A stretch of DNA of 32,124 nucleotides from a virus (taxonomy: Duplodnaviria; Caudoviricetes), in IMG/VR virus record IMGVR_UViG_3300038317_000117, positions 1 through 32,124 of that record; one strand, 5' to 3'. Both the position numbers and the translations under genes were made by a program. The notes under the pieces were generated by a model. It was not told the DNA's origin. It worked only from the letters and a program-made list of their open reading frames with translations, and made no database searches. Positions 16,781-26,176 of this stretch are shown piece by piece; within the stretch, counting starts at the first letter, position 1; each line of letters begins with the position of its first letter.

Positions 16781-19173
16781 GGCTTGGAATGGCCTCTTTG
16801 AAAACCATACGGTTTCCCAAATTGGCGACCATTGCGGTCCTTTTTCCATCCTTGTAATCCGTTTAGTATTCCATTTATTTCCACTGCATCTTGTCGGCGC
16901 ATAAAAGTAATATCCTTATTGAAGCATTCGCACCAAATCTCGGCAGCGCACACCTTATCTCGTACAGTGATATCTAATTGGGTTTTGGTAAATTCGCCTG
17001 CCCAATACATGCGCCGCTCGTTTAAGTCGCGTTTATCCCAGTTTATTGGTATTGGCCGCTCTATGAATTCGCGGATAATGCCCTCTTTGGTATTACTTTC
17101 CCGATGCTCTTCCTGCTGTTGCCGGGCTATCATTTCTGCCTCACCAGACAGGAATAGTGGTTCTCCCAATTGCCAATAGACAAAAGCTTCGGCCCATATT
17201 TGATTTACCTCTAGTTCTAATTGGCGGAAAACATCTTTAGCGGGTGCCTGCAAGCCGACGTCAACCGGCCAAAAACGGCGGTTACCGGTCCGGTCCCGAA
17301 GGAATTCACTGTCATTGGTGGTTCCGAAAAATACGCAGCGCCGGGGATAAACGTTGGTTCTACGTCCATATGGTTCTCGGAAAATATCTTCTGTGCGGCT
17401 TAGGAATTGCTTTACGGCATTGGTTTCGGACCGGGTTAAGCCGTTTAATTCGCCCAGCTCGTTTATCCATACCCCTTGTACCATTTCGGCAGCTTCTTTG
17501 CCCTCGAAGGTAGACAGACTGTCAGAATACCAGCATTTGCCCAGTATCCGCAAAAAGGTACTTTTCCCTATCCCTTGCGGCCCGGCCAGTATCGGCATAT
17601 AGTCGTATTTGACGCCTGGTGTCATGGCGCGAGCTACAGCCGCCGTCAGGGATTTACGCATGGCCGCTTGGGTATAGATATTATCCTCGGCACCTAGATA
17701 ATCCATCAGCAGAGTATCCACCCGGCGTATGCCATCCCATTGCAAGCTGCTTAAATAGGTCTTAACATCGTTAAATTTATTCTTGTGAGCGCATAAGGTC
17801 ATGGCCGCATACAGGCGCTTATCGGCTATCTGTATGCCATATACGCGCTCCAGATAGTGAAGCATGCCGGCATCGTCCGGATCCCCCCATACCCGTTTTT
17901 CCGTTCTCTCGTCCCAAGGCAGTGCCCCCATTGCCAAACCCCGGTTAGCAAATTCATCAAAGGCCAGTTTACCTTTCAACAGAGGGTCGTTATCCAGGAT
18001 TATCAAGACGTTATCAATGGTTTTTGCCGGCAGCCCAGTGGTACTGCTGACCTGTAGCTTGCTGATCCAGTTGGCATTATCATTCGTTTGCGCGCTGAAT
18101 TCCTGGGTAGCCTTTTCATAGCGTTCTTGGTTGAGCAGAGCGGTTACAGGGGTGTCCGCTACAGCCAGTTCGCACATAGCCGTATAGCTTGGCAGTTTAT
18201 TTACCGGCGTCCCATCTTTTGCCTCGTCATCAAGGCCGGCGAACCGATGCAGCCGGACCAGGTCAAAGGCATTGACCAGCTTCCCGCCTGCCGGGTCGGT
18301 GGCATGATGGCTATAGAGAAATTGGCCGTTGTCATAGATGATCGCTCCGCCTACAGTACTCCCGCCTGTAAAGGTGTATCGCCCGGGCATAGCGTCGCCG
18401 GGTTCGTATACGCCGGGTAGGAAGGCATCCATGGCCCGGTACACGTCGTAAACCTTGCAGAATGCGCCTACGATACCCGCCTTGGTGGTGGGATCAGCCT
18501 GCTTCTCCGCAAGTTTAGTTTGCTTTTGCCCTACGCCCGGCACTTCCGGCCATTCCGCTACGTTTTTCCAATCCGCGTACATCGCTAACAGCCCATCCAC
18601 GGACAGGAAGCCCTTGTCACCAAACTGATATACATATTGGCTATCCGCGCAACAGGACGGCCAGAACATTAGCCGGTGCACCTCAAAAGTGGTTGGGTCG
18701 CATAACTCTATGCCTATTATTTGCGCCAGTTTCCGCGCTAGAGGCTCGTATTCGTCCGCTGTGGCCGTCCGGTCCAGGGGGGCTAGTACCCGCAGCCGGG
18801 GCCGGGCTTCTTCATGCTTGCGCGTGCTGTAGACCGCGTAGGCGCATCCTAAAGCTTCTACCCGGCGTAGGGTGTCTTGTGTACCACCTGCGGGGATATT
18901 ATCCAGGTCCAGGGTAATGACATCCCGGCTGGTTACGGCGTTGGCCTTGCGGCGGAGACCGGCCAGGGCCCCGCCTACAAAGCCCCCCACGTCCTTAAGG
19001 TCGTCTTGTTTTCCCTTTGGCAGCTGTAGATACTCGGCCAGCGTTTCCGTGCTTCTGGCCGGGGTTTTAAGCCGCTCTACAAATTCCGACCAGTATAGGG
19101 TCTGCCCGGGCCACTGGGTAGCTCTACGGCTGCCGGCTGCCGATATTGTTATTTGTCTGTCGTTCATGAGCAT
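16663..19173 (-). CDS. Primase-helicase, VirE/VapE family (N-terminal primase-like domain)
   Basis: GGFVGG, TLDLD, YSTRKH..PRLR; P-loop GPQGIGKST; FFGTTND.EFLRDRTGNRRFWP. Confidence 0.92.
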   Translation of the reverse strand: MLMNDRQITISAAGSRRATQWPGQTLYWSEFVERLKTPARSTETLAEYLQLPKGKQDDLKDVGGFVGGALAGLRRKANAVTSRDVITLDLDNIPAGGTQDTLRRVEALGCAYAVYSTRKHEEARPRLRVLAPLDRTATADEYEPLARKLAQIIGIELCDPTTFEVHRLMFWPSCCADSQYVYQFGDKGFLSVDGLLAMYADWKNVAEWPEVPGVGQKQTKLAEKQADPTTKAGIVGAFCKVYDVYRAMDAFLPGVYEPGDAMPGRYTFTGGSTVGGAIIYDNGQFLYSHHATDPAGGKLVNAFDLVRLHRFAGLDDEAKDGTPVNKLPSYTAMCELAVADTPVTALLNQERYEKATQEFSAQTNDNANWISKLQVSSTTGLPAKTIDNVLIILDNDPLLKGKLAFDEFANRGLAMGALPWDERTEKRVWGDPDDAGMLHYLERVYGIQIADKRLYAAMTLCAHKNKFNDVKTYLSSLQWDGIRRVDTLLMDYLGAEDNIYTQAAMRKSLTAAVARAMTPGVKYDYMPILAGPQGIGKSTFLRILGKCWYSDSLSTFEGKEAAEMVQGVWINELGELNGLTRSETNAVKQFLSRTEDIFREPYGRRTNVYPRRCVFFGTTNDSEFLRDRTGNRRFWPVDVGLQAPAKDVFRQLELEVNQIWAEAFVYWQLGEPLFLSGEAEMIARQQQEEHRESNTKEGIIREFIERPIPINWDKRDLNERRMYWAGEFTKTQLDITVRDKVCAAEIWCECFNKDITFMRRQDAVEINGILNGLQGWKKDRNGRQFGKPYGFQRGHSKPIHLIQTPDTFSENVSDDVTKANTFNTFNTLDVSAAKPQ

Positions 19174-19188
19174 GGGATGGTATCACCC

Positions 19189-21156
19189 CTAATCTTTCAT
19201 GTAATAGTCCGTAATAAAGCCGTCTGCTCTTAGTAAAAGTCCAGGGGCCCAAGATATGGGCTGACCCATAATGTCGCATACCCGTTCTGAATCGGCTTGT
19301 TCCTTAGGTACATCCAAGACAACTTCGTCATGGACATGGAACACCGTCTGATATCCGGCAGCGGCCAGGCGCATCATGCTTTCTGCCAGGCAGTCTCTGG
19401 CTATGGCTTGAACGATATTTTCTACGAGTTTCCCGCCATAAGTATCCTGCGCCTCCCATTTTTTGGTCGTTTGGTTCAGGCCCCAATAATGGATGCTGTC
19501 ATTGCCCCATTGGTTGGGAGCGAGAAAAGGCTTCACATAAAACAGTTTCCGGCCACTAGGTAAGGTGACGGTGAGAAAATCCTGCCCGTTATTGTAATCA
19601 CCTTCCCGGGCCAATATTAAGCCCTTGATGCCTACCGGCTGTCCCGACCGCATTACTTCCAAGGCAGCATTTTCCATGCTGTACCATAGATCTACTATCC
19701 GTTTGTTGGATGCGCGCCAGCGGTGGACGATTTCCGGTAATTCTTCTTCGGTCAGGCCCATATCAAGAGCGCCCATCTGTTTCAACGCGCCTACAGAGCC
19801 CTGGTATCCCAGGGCCAGCTCCGCGATTTTCCCCTTTTGGCGCAGGGGTGAGCCTTTTGTAATTTCTTCAATTGGTACACCGAACATGGCGGATGCTGAG
19901 GCTTCGTATATTTTGCCGTGGCCGGCGAATATGGCAAGCCGCCATTGCTCCCCGGCCAGCCAGGCGATTATTCGGGCTTCAATAGCGGAAAAATCAGCTA
20001 CCACCAGAACATTTCCTGGTGACGGGATAAAGGCCGTCCGTATGAGCTGGGACAGTGTATTAGGGATATTGCCGTAAACCAATTTAAGGTGATCTTTTTT
20101 CCGGGCTTTAACCCATTCCCGGGCCAGGGATAGGGCTTCTAAATGGTTTTGCGGAAGATTGTGCACCTGTACAAGCCTGCCGGCCCAGCGCCCGGTTCTA
20201 TTGGCCCCATAAAACTGCAGCATTCCTCTGATTCGGCTGTCATCGCCTATGGCTACATCCATGGCGGCATATTTTTTAACGCTGGTTTTGGATAATTCCT
20301 GCCTGATCTCCAACATTCGTTTGGCCCGGCCTTCTTCCATAGCGTCTATCATCTTGGTTACCGTACCTTTACGCAGGTCGGTTATTTCCTCGCCGGTTTC
20401 TTCTTCCAGCCATTTTGTCAATTGCTGTACGGATTTGGGATTATCTAGGCCTGATATTGCCACGGCTTCCCGCTTTAATTCGTCTGTGATTATGGCGTCC
20501 ATGGATAAGGCTCCTGTGATTAGTTCTTTATCCGCCATCACGCCGCAAGTATTAATCTGCTGATCTAACTGCCACAGATATTGTTCTTGGTCCGGTACTG
20601 GGAAATTGAATATCCGGCGTTCTATCTCCATTTCGGTTACAACGTCCTGCCGGCAATACTCCTTAAACAGCCGCCATTTTTCCGGTTCATGCTGGGGCAG
20701 CGTTCGGGTGCGGTACCCGTTGGTTTTAGTTGGTTTACAGGGTATGCAAAATGTCCTAATTAGCGCGCTGCCTGTACCCATTTTCCTTTTATCCTGGGGT
20801 AACCCCAAGGCTGCACCTGTGGCCGCCAGACCGGCAGTGTAACCGCAATACATGCCATGCAGCATAGTGCAGCGCCATTGGTTTATTGGAGAAGGCCAAA
20901 ACTTATTAAGGCAGTACCATTCAAACGGCGCATTATAGGCATGCTTAGCTATATGCGGATTGGCTAGGGCGTCTATTATGTGGTTAGGCAAGACCTCCCC
21001 GCATGCCAAATCCACAACTTCTACCGGTCCGCCGTCCCAGGCATAGGCAAATAAGAGTATTTGGAAATCCGGGGACTGTACATATTTGTACAGTCCCGCT
21101 TTTTTCAGGTCAACACTGGAAAATGTTTCTATGTCTATAGACAGATGCCTAATCAT
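19189..21156 (-). CDS. Phage DNA polymerase, family A
   Basis: Exo DIETFS; RTGRWAG; motif A DFSAIEAR; motif B RQKGKIAELALGY; motif C HVHDE. Confidence 0.95.
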   Translation of the reverse strand: MIRHLSIDIETFSSVDLKKAGLYKYVQSPDFQILLFAYAWDGGPVEVVDLACGEVLPNHIIDALANPHIAKHAYNAPFEWYCLNKFWPSPINQWRCTMLHGMYCGYTAGLAATGAALGLPQDKRKMGTGSALIRTFCIPCKPTKTNGYRTRTLPQHEPEKWRLFKEYCRQDVVTEMEIERRIFNFPVPDQEQYLWQLDQQINTCGVMADKELITGALSMDAIITDELKREAVAISGLDNPKSVQQLTKWLEEETGEEITDLRKGTVTKMIDAMEEGRAKRMLEIRQELSKTSVKKYAAMDVAIGDDSRIRGMLQFYGANRTGRWAGRLVQVHNLPQNHLEALSLAREWVKARKKDHLKLVYGNIPNTLSQLIRTAFIPSPGNVLVVADFSAIEARIIAWLAGEQWRLAIFAGHGKIYEASASAMFGVPIEEITKGSPLRQKGKIAELALGYQGSVGALKQMGALDMGLTEEELPEIVHRWRASNKRIVDLWYSMENAALEVMRSGQPVGIKGLILAREGDYNNGQDFLTVTLPSGRKLFYVKPFLAPNQWGNDSIHYWGLNQTTKKWEAQDTYGGKLVENIVQAIARDCLAESMMRLAAAGYQTVFHVHDEVVLDVPKEQADSERVCDIMGQPISWAPGLLLRADGFITDYYMKD

Positions 21157-21944
21157 AACCCCATGATTCCCCCAGTAACCGGTTTACCCGTTATAGGGTC
21201 AATTTGCTGTGGTTGCTGATAGCCGGGTTGTGCAGGTGCTTGATATCCCGGCTGCTGCCCTGCTGCCGGATAATTTGGCTGAGCATAATTAGGTTGCGTC
21301 GGCTGCATTGGCTGCCCAGGTTGAGCATATCCGGGTTGTACTGGGGGCTGCCCAGGATACGCCGGCTGCTGATATGCAGGAGCCTGATAGCCGGGGTTAA
21401 AACCGTCTCCGAAGGCTTCTTCGGGCGACACTCTACCGCCGCCAAGCGGTTCGCCGTCTGCAATTTTTTGTATCGGCCCTAAGCCACAGCCGACGCCTTT
21501 TTTCGTATTGTTGTAAGCGTAAAAATTGACATTTACTCGGGCGTACATACCGCTGTAAATTTCGGTCTGGTCAATAATCGGATTCATGCTCAAGTCTACT
21601 ATGGCCTGCTGCTGTTTTGAGGATGCGGACATAACCCAATGTCCTCGGCATTCATCCCCAAAAGGCATACCGTCTGATGGCCGGGGACCGTCTCCATCAT
21701 GGATGGGAATGTTTAATAGCGGGGGCCGTGTCCCGCCCCATACTTTAGGAATCCCTGCCTGTATGGCGGTCTGTATAGCAGCATCAATTCTTTGTTTCGC
21801 TGCAATATCTGATTTCGGTATTAGCAGGGTTACGCTGTATTTGGCTTCTTGTCCCGGTTTATTTGCATACGGTTGTGTTAAATGCACATAGCTGAGTCTG
21901 ACTTGTCCGGTAGTTACGTTTGTGGGATTAGGCTGATTGGTCAT
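21153..21944 (-). CDS. ssDNA-binding protein, DUF2815/gp2.5-like, with a Q/P/Y/G-rich tail
   Basis: VRLSYVHL, KYSVTLLIPK, IHDGD, IYSGMYAR, GVGCGLGPIQKIADGEPLGG. Confidence 0.88.
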   Translation of the reverse strand: MTNQPNPTNVTTGQVRLSYVHLTQPYANKPGQEAKYSVTLLIPKSDIAAKQRIDAAIQTAIQAGIPKVWGGTRPPLLNIPIHDGDGPRPSDGMPFGDECRGHWVMSASSKQQQAIVDLSMNPIIDQTEIYSGMYARVNVNFYAYNNTKKGVGCGLGPIQKIADGEPLGGGRVSPEEAFGDGFNPGYQAPAYQQPAYPGQPPVQPGYAQPGQPMQPTQPNYAQPNYPAAGQQPGYQAPAQPGYQQPQQIDPITGKPVTGGIMGL

Positions 21945-23121
21945 TTGTAATTCCTCCATTTCCATTTAACGGTTCTCCAAATGCTTGCTCTGCGGTCATC
22001 GGTCTAATCGCTTCTCGCTTATCTTTTTCAGGCGCAAGTGTCGGTTTACCAGGCTCTATTCGGATTAGCTTTGGTTCTTCAAGTAATTTCCTGTAGTCGG
22101 ATTTTCCAAGCACTTTCTCAATAGCGGGTACGGTTAACGGCCTGCGTTCATATAGTATTGCCTCGTCGATTCCAGCCGCCATAAGTGCGGTAAACGCCAT
22201 ATCCTGATCGACGTACACCCGGGACGTACGTCCCTCGACGGCTTTCCATCCGGGGATATCCCCGCCACGCAGGCACTCAGCGAGGGCATATTCTTTCAAG
22301 TCGCTGGCCCATGCCGCCAAGCCCAGCGCACGGGTCAATATAGCTCCCACATCCGCATTACTGATAAGTGGGGGTTTCATCATGTGGTATTCTTCCAGGG
22401 TGAGAAGGCTTTCGGCCCTTGCCCTGCAGAGCGATTTTGCTCTGCAGAATCGGCAATGATCACCGGAAACAAAGTCGCCTTTTCCGGAAAAGGCCTTTGC
22501 CGCTATCGGTTTTATACTCTCTCCCCATGCCGCAAGGTCAGCTAGGGGCATTTCAAACTCTGATACATTATCTAATCGCGGCTGTACAATGGCCATCTTT
22601 ACAGCCTCAATGGCGTATAAAAAGTTGTAGGCTTGATAGGCCCCCAGGGCATACAGCATCATCTGGGGGTTCATTTCTGCACTTACTGGGACGCCCTTGC
22701 CATATTTGAAATCAACGACATGTAAGGTGGTGCCTCCCAGGATAATGCAGTCACCTGTGCCAAAGCCCCCAGGAACATAGATGCTAAAATTGAGTCTTTT
22801 TTCCACTGCGATATAAGGCGTAACAGCATATCCGTGGACAATTGCGGATAAGTAATCTAAGTATGAGTCCGTATGTTTGAGCATTTCTGACTGAAACAAA
22901 GGTTTTTCTTTTAACTTTTTTAGCGCGCTATTGAATTTACGGGGACCCATTGGCTCCGTGAAAGCTTTCCGGAGTTTTAACTCGGCTATCTCATGCGCCA
23001 GTCGGCCCTCTTCGGCATACTCGCTGGTGGTTTCCGGGAATTGTCCCTCCAGTCTTGCCGATGGTGGGCAATTCAGCCACCTATGCGCGCTGCTAGCTGA
23101 TAGTAAAGCGTGTTCGCCCAT
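21928..23121 (-). CDS. DUF2800 Cas4-like PD-(D/E)XK exonuclease
   Basis: HALLSASSAHRWLNCP, EG..AH, FGTGD, VDFKYGKG, NPQMMLYALG, CRFC....CRAR. Confidence 0.9.
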   Translation of the reverse strand: MGEHALLSASSAHRWLNCPPSARLEGQFPETTSEYAEEGRLAHEIAELKLRKAFTEPMGPRKFNSALKKLKEKPLFQSEMLKHTDSYLDYLSAIVHGYAVTPYIAVEKRLNFSIYVPGGFGTGDCIILGGTTLHVVDFKYGKGVPVSAEMNPQMMLYALGAYQAYNFLYAIEAVKMAIVQPRLDNVSEFEMPLADLAAWGESIKPIAAKAFSGKGDFVSGDHCRFCRAKSLCRARAESLLTLEEYHMMKPPLISNADVGAILTRALGLAAWASDLKEYALAECLRGGDIPGWKAVEGRTSRVYVDQDMAFTALMAAGIDEAILYERRPLTVPAIEKVLGKSDYRKLLEEPKLIRIEPGKPTLAPEKDKREAIRPMTAEQAFGEPLNGNGGITNDQSA

Positions 23122-23549
23122 TATATTCTCGCCCCCATTTGTCTCAGAGCCGTGGCAAAAGCCCCATATTGCTCTTTAGGTAGCTGAGTCAGGGCTTGCA
23201 CTCCGAATTGAGCTAGCAATGATATTAATTCTTGTTGGCTGTGCCCCGGGGTTTCCATCAGCTGGGTGGCCGCTACCCCCAATTGTTCCATGCTGTATGT
23301 TTGCGGCGCAGTCGGCACGGTAGCCGCCGGTGGCGTAATCGGCGCGGCAGTAACAGGGGGTGCTACAGGTGCTACAGGAACCGCTGTCTGTGGCGGTGTA
23401 ACCGCCATGGACGGTGTAACAGATGCGGTAATCGGAGTAACTGGTGTAGTGGTTGCCGGTACCGTGTTTACTTTCCCTGCTATTGCTGCGGCCAGCGTGT
23501 TCAGTGCGTCCGCCAATGCAGGGGCCTCGATTCTTACGTTTATATCCAT
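23121..23549 (-). CDS. Phage protein with an A/V/T/P-rich linker, preceding DUF2800
   Basis: C-terminal LLAQFGVQALTQLPKEQYGAF. Confidence 0.78.
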   Translation of the reverse strand: MDINVRIEAPALADALNTLAAAIAGKVNTVPATTTPVTPITASVTPSMAVTPPQTAVPVAPVAPPVTAAPITPPAATVPTAPQTYSMEQLGVAATQLMETPGHSQQELISLLAQFGVQALTQLPKEQYGAFATALRQMGARI

Positions 23550-23723
23550 TTATTCTTCCTCCTTAAATAATTTAATAATGGCTATGCCAAACCCGCTAAG
23601 GGCCAATATACTAACTACAATCCACGGGCTAAACCAGTAACTAGCTAGGGCAAGGATGCATCCAAGTAGCATTATCTCGGCTAGGAGGCCTACTCCCAGC
23701 ATGGCTTCCTCTATAGCCTGCAT
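23550..23723 (-). CDS. Small membrane protein
   Basis: Two hydrophobic segments; ATG at 23723 behind GAGGT. Confidence 0.55.
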   Translation of the reverse strand: MQAIEEAMLGVGLLAEIMLLGCILALASYWFSPWIVVSILALSGFGIAIIKLFKEEE

Positions 23724-23818
23724 TTCTACCTCTTCCCGGTACTGTGTTTTAAGCGGCAGGGTCTTGATTTTATTCGGCTGCCGGCTGATTTTGGGTACCG
23801 AGCCTGCGGGTTGTATTT

Positions 23819-24361
23819 TCATAGGTTCACCTCGCCTTCTTTCGGTGCTTCATTGCCCCAGCAATCCCAGCCTGATGCCGTATTACGCGCAAAAAGCTCT
23901 ATGAATGGGGGGTAACTGACGGTTTCAATCATATGTCGTATCTGCTCGGGCTTTTCGCTATGCTTACCTTTGGGAGCGATTATTGCCGTCTCGCCCTGTT
24001 GCCGTTTACCATCTATAATTTTGTATGGCAGGTTGCCCTTTACTCCGAACAAGCAATGTTCGGTTATGCCCCTAAAATACTGCCCTAGTCCGACTCTGTC
24101 TTTAACCCAGGTAATAGTAGTTACGTATCTAAAGCCCCAGGCGTCCATGGTTTTCAGGGCATCCGGCAAAAAATTATTCGTTGTCCATAGGTATAGGTGG
24201 CAATCCTTTTTGGCGAGAGAAGCCACTGGTAGAGTCATGATATCCGCCGTTTTCATCAGGGAGTAATGCTTGTCGGCCCCTCTTTTTATTTTTCCTCCGC
24301 CGCGTTCCATCCAAGGCGGATCGGCGTAAATAGTACTGTATTTCTTGTTAGGGAAGAGCAT
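23819..24361 (-). CDS. MT-A70-family N6-adenine DNA methyltransferase (orphan)
   Basis: IYADPPW, HY..M, LYLWTTN, WGFRY, GLGQYFRG.TEHCL, HSEKP, IELFAR, GWDCWGNE. Confidence 0.92.
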   Translation of the reverse strand: MLFPNKKYSTIYADPPWMERGGGKIKRGADKHYSLMKTADIMTLPVASLAKKDCHLYLWTTNNFLPDALKTMDAWGFRYVTTITWVKDRVGLGQYFRGITEHCLFGVKGNLPYKIIDGKRQQGETAIIAPKGKHSEKPEQIRHMIETVSYPPFIELFARNTASGWDCWGNEAPKEGEVNL

Positions 24362-24918
24362 TAAATCACCGCCTTTTCCCGGATATCGGCCTTCATGCGC
24401 CTTAGCCATCGGGACACCGTAACCTGATGCCTGCCAACCATTTTTCCTATTGCACCGTGTTTGATGCCCTCTGCTGCAGCCAGGTAAAGGATTGTCTTTT
24501 CTTCTAGGGTAAGGCCCTGTAAGAGGTCTCTTAACTCGGTTGTGTCTAATATCCGTTTAAAATCTCGTGCGGTATCGTGATCGACAAATAGCTGCCCTAT
24601 AGAGTTTCCTGTCTGCCCAACTACGGCATCCAAACTAAGAGCCTCTATGTTATGCCTGCGCGTGTTTCTGCGTTCGTCGGCAAGTATGCTCCGCATCTGC
24701 ATATAGGCTAGAGTGCTAAATTTGTACTGCCGGAGTTCTTCCGACTGGCTATAGGCTTGCACAGCACGTACAAGGCCCAGCGCAGCGGTGCCATAATAGT
24801 CGTCGATGGGCAACTTGTGTTTGCGTAAAAAACCGTAAATAAGATTATGGTTTTCCGCTGCAAACTCCGCTTGTTCCGGTGTTAGCGGTACGCTGTAATC
24901 TATTTTTGTCGCGGCCAT
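24361..24918 (-). CDS. Phage sigma-70-family factor (regions 2 and 4)
   Basis: AAENHNLIY, DYYG.AALGLVRAV, FSTLAY; LSLD; IGKMVGRHQVTVSRWLRR. Confidence 0.82.
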   Translation of the reverse strand: MAATKIDYSVPLTPEQAEFAAENHNLIYGFLRKHKLPIDDYYGTAALGLVRAVQAYSQSEELRQYKFSTLAYMQMRSILADERRNTRRHNIEALSLDAVVGQTGNSIGQLFVDHDTARDFKRILDTTELRDLLQGLTLEEKTILYLAAAEGIKHGAIGKMVGRHQVTVSRWLRRMKADIREKAVI

Positions 24919-25029
24919 CGGAGTTCCTCCTCTCCGGTATGTAATCTGCCCAGGCTACCAACCTGCCGGGGTAAATATCTATCTGCTTTTCTCGCTGCTT
25001 TCTCCAGCGGCGTTTCTTGCGTCCCATGG

Positions 25030-25923
25030 CTATACCCTCCCTTGCTGCCTGGCGAGGGTTTTGCCGTAGGTGCCGCATTCTTCCAGGGGCACTTCCCGCA
25101 GTACAGTCAATTCTGAGGTTCGTACTTTCCCATTGCCATCCCGCGGGACTATGATTTTATCGAGGGGGACCAGACATTCTAGGATTTTGAAGTCGCGTCC
25201 CCGACCAAAGTCCATGGCCCAGCAAAGGTAACTGACGTGTAGGCCAAAAGAACACGCTTTGAGAGGTGAAGGATCACAGTTGATTTTCTTGTTTTTGCCT
25301 ATGGCATACTGGAAATCGTGGTCATGGAAAGACCGTAAGTCCAGGCTGACGGCTTTGTACAGGATGGCTTGGCCGCCCCGAACTTCTACACCATAAAAAT
25401 CACAATACTCTTCCGGGGTGCTTGGAAGGGTTACAATTCGCGCATTGCCCGATATTTTAAGATTGGCGCGATCGGAGTACCTGACGATCTGAGAATTTCC
25501 TTGCCCCACCACGGAGCTGTTCCCCCGGGCCACCACGGAGCTGTTCCCCCGGGCCACCACGGAGCTGTTCTCCCGGGCCTCCACGGAGCTGTTCTCCCAG
25601 GCCTCCACGGAGCTGTTCTCCCAGGCCACCACGGAGCTGTTCCCCCGGGCCACCACGGAGCTGTTCTCCCGGGCCTCCACGGAGCTGTTCTCCCAGGCCA
25701 CCACGGAGCTGTTCTCCCGGGCCTCCACGGAGCTGTTCTCCCAGGCCTCCACGGAGCTGTTCTCCCGGGCCACCACGGAGCTGTTCCCCCAGGCCTCCAC
25801 GGAGCCTTTACGGTTGGTTACGATTATGCGCACGCCGCGCGGGGATTTTATATAGACGCGCCCGTCAAAATCTTGCGGGATGGCGTCGAATTCCTGTTGG
25901 CTTTTTACGATTATTTCGGTCAT
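25030..25923 (-). CDS. 8-aa repeat (beta-solenoid-like) protein with a globular C-terminal domain
   Basis: 12 x SSV[E/V]A[W/R][E/G]N; C-terminal LYKAV...FQY.IG...C.FGLH...LEC.V....P..G.GKVR. Confidence 0.82.
   Translation of the reverse strand: MTEIIVKSQQEFDAIPQDFDGRVYIKSPRGVRIIVTNRKGSVEAWGNSSVVARENSSVEAWENSSVEARENSSVVAWENSSVEARENSSVVARGNSSVVAWENSSVEAWENSSVEARENSSVVARGNSSVVARGNSSVVGQGNSQIVRYSDRANLKISGNARIVTLPSTPEEYCDFYGVEVRGGQAILYKAVSLDLRSFHDHDFQYAIGKNKKINCDPSPLKACSFGLHVSYLCWAMDFGRGRDFKILECLVPLDKIIVPRDGNGKVRTSELTVLREVPLEECGTYGKTLARQQGRV
25495..25806 (-). repeat. Coding 24-bp tandem repeat, 12 units plus one degenerate unit
   Basis: Unit AGCTCCGTGG(A/T)GGCC(T/C)GGG(A/G)GAAC. Confidence 0.95.
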
Positions 25924-25926
25924 GCT

Positions 25927-26103
25927 TTATCCTTCCTTCCTAATAGCCTCTAAAAATAAGTCCTTTGTGCCTTGCATGGCGACTACTAAATTCGATAAAA
26001 TACGGGCTTCTTCTGCCGTTATTTCCTCGGAATTCAGGGCTGTATAGATGGTTTTTATAAGTCCTTCTAAGGCCTTTTCAGTATCTTCATAAATCGGTTT
26101 CAC
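25927..26103 (-). CDS. Small hypothetical protein
   Basis: GTG at 26103 behind GGAGG; helical 58 aa. Confidence 0.55.
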   Translation of the reverse strand: MKPIYEDTEKALEGLIKTIYTALNSEEITAEEARILSNLVVAMQGTKDLFLEAIRKEG

Positions 26104-26176
26104 AGGTCTACCTCCTTGTGGTATACTGTAGGTGCAAATTTTACTTAGTCCGTCTTCGACGGGCTTTTTCTTTTGG
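26099..26176 (+). ncRNA. Candidate short antisense RNA unit (promoter plus terminator)
   Basis: TTCACA-17-TATACT with an extended TG; AGTCCGTC-TTC-GACGGGCT then a T-rich tail. Confidence 0.45.

Noticed and set aside
21928-23121. CRISPR-associated Cas4
   Set aside because: Sits in the standard DUF2800-DUF2815-PolA phage replication block; no array or other cas genes
2963-23640. Numerous + strand ORFs (e.g. 3473-4282, 9403-9936, 13742-14398)
   Set aside because: Shadows of recognisable - strand phage genes with no motifs of their own
24845-25078. Basic 60-77-aa ORF between the repeat gene and sigma
   Set aside because: Overlaps the sigma gene by 74 bp and has no recognisable motif; may be real but cannot be supported
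25495-25806. CRISPR array
   Set aside because: Units are contiguous with no unique spacers and keep a protein frame; no cas operon
25369-25953. 194-aa antisense HGAVLPG-repeat ORF
   Set aside because: Open only because the 24-bp repeat has no stop on that strand; opposes the operon and has no RBS
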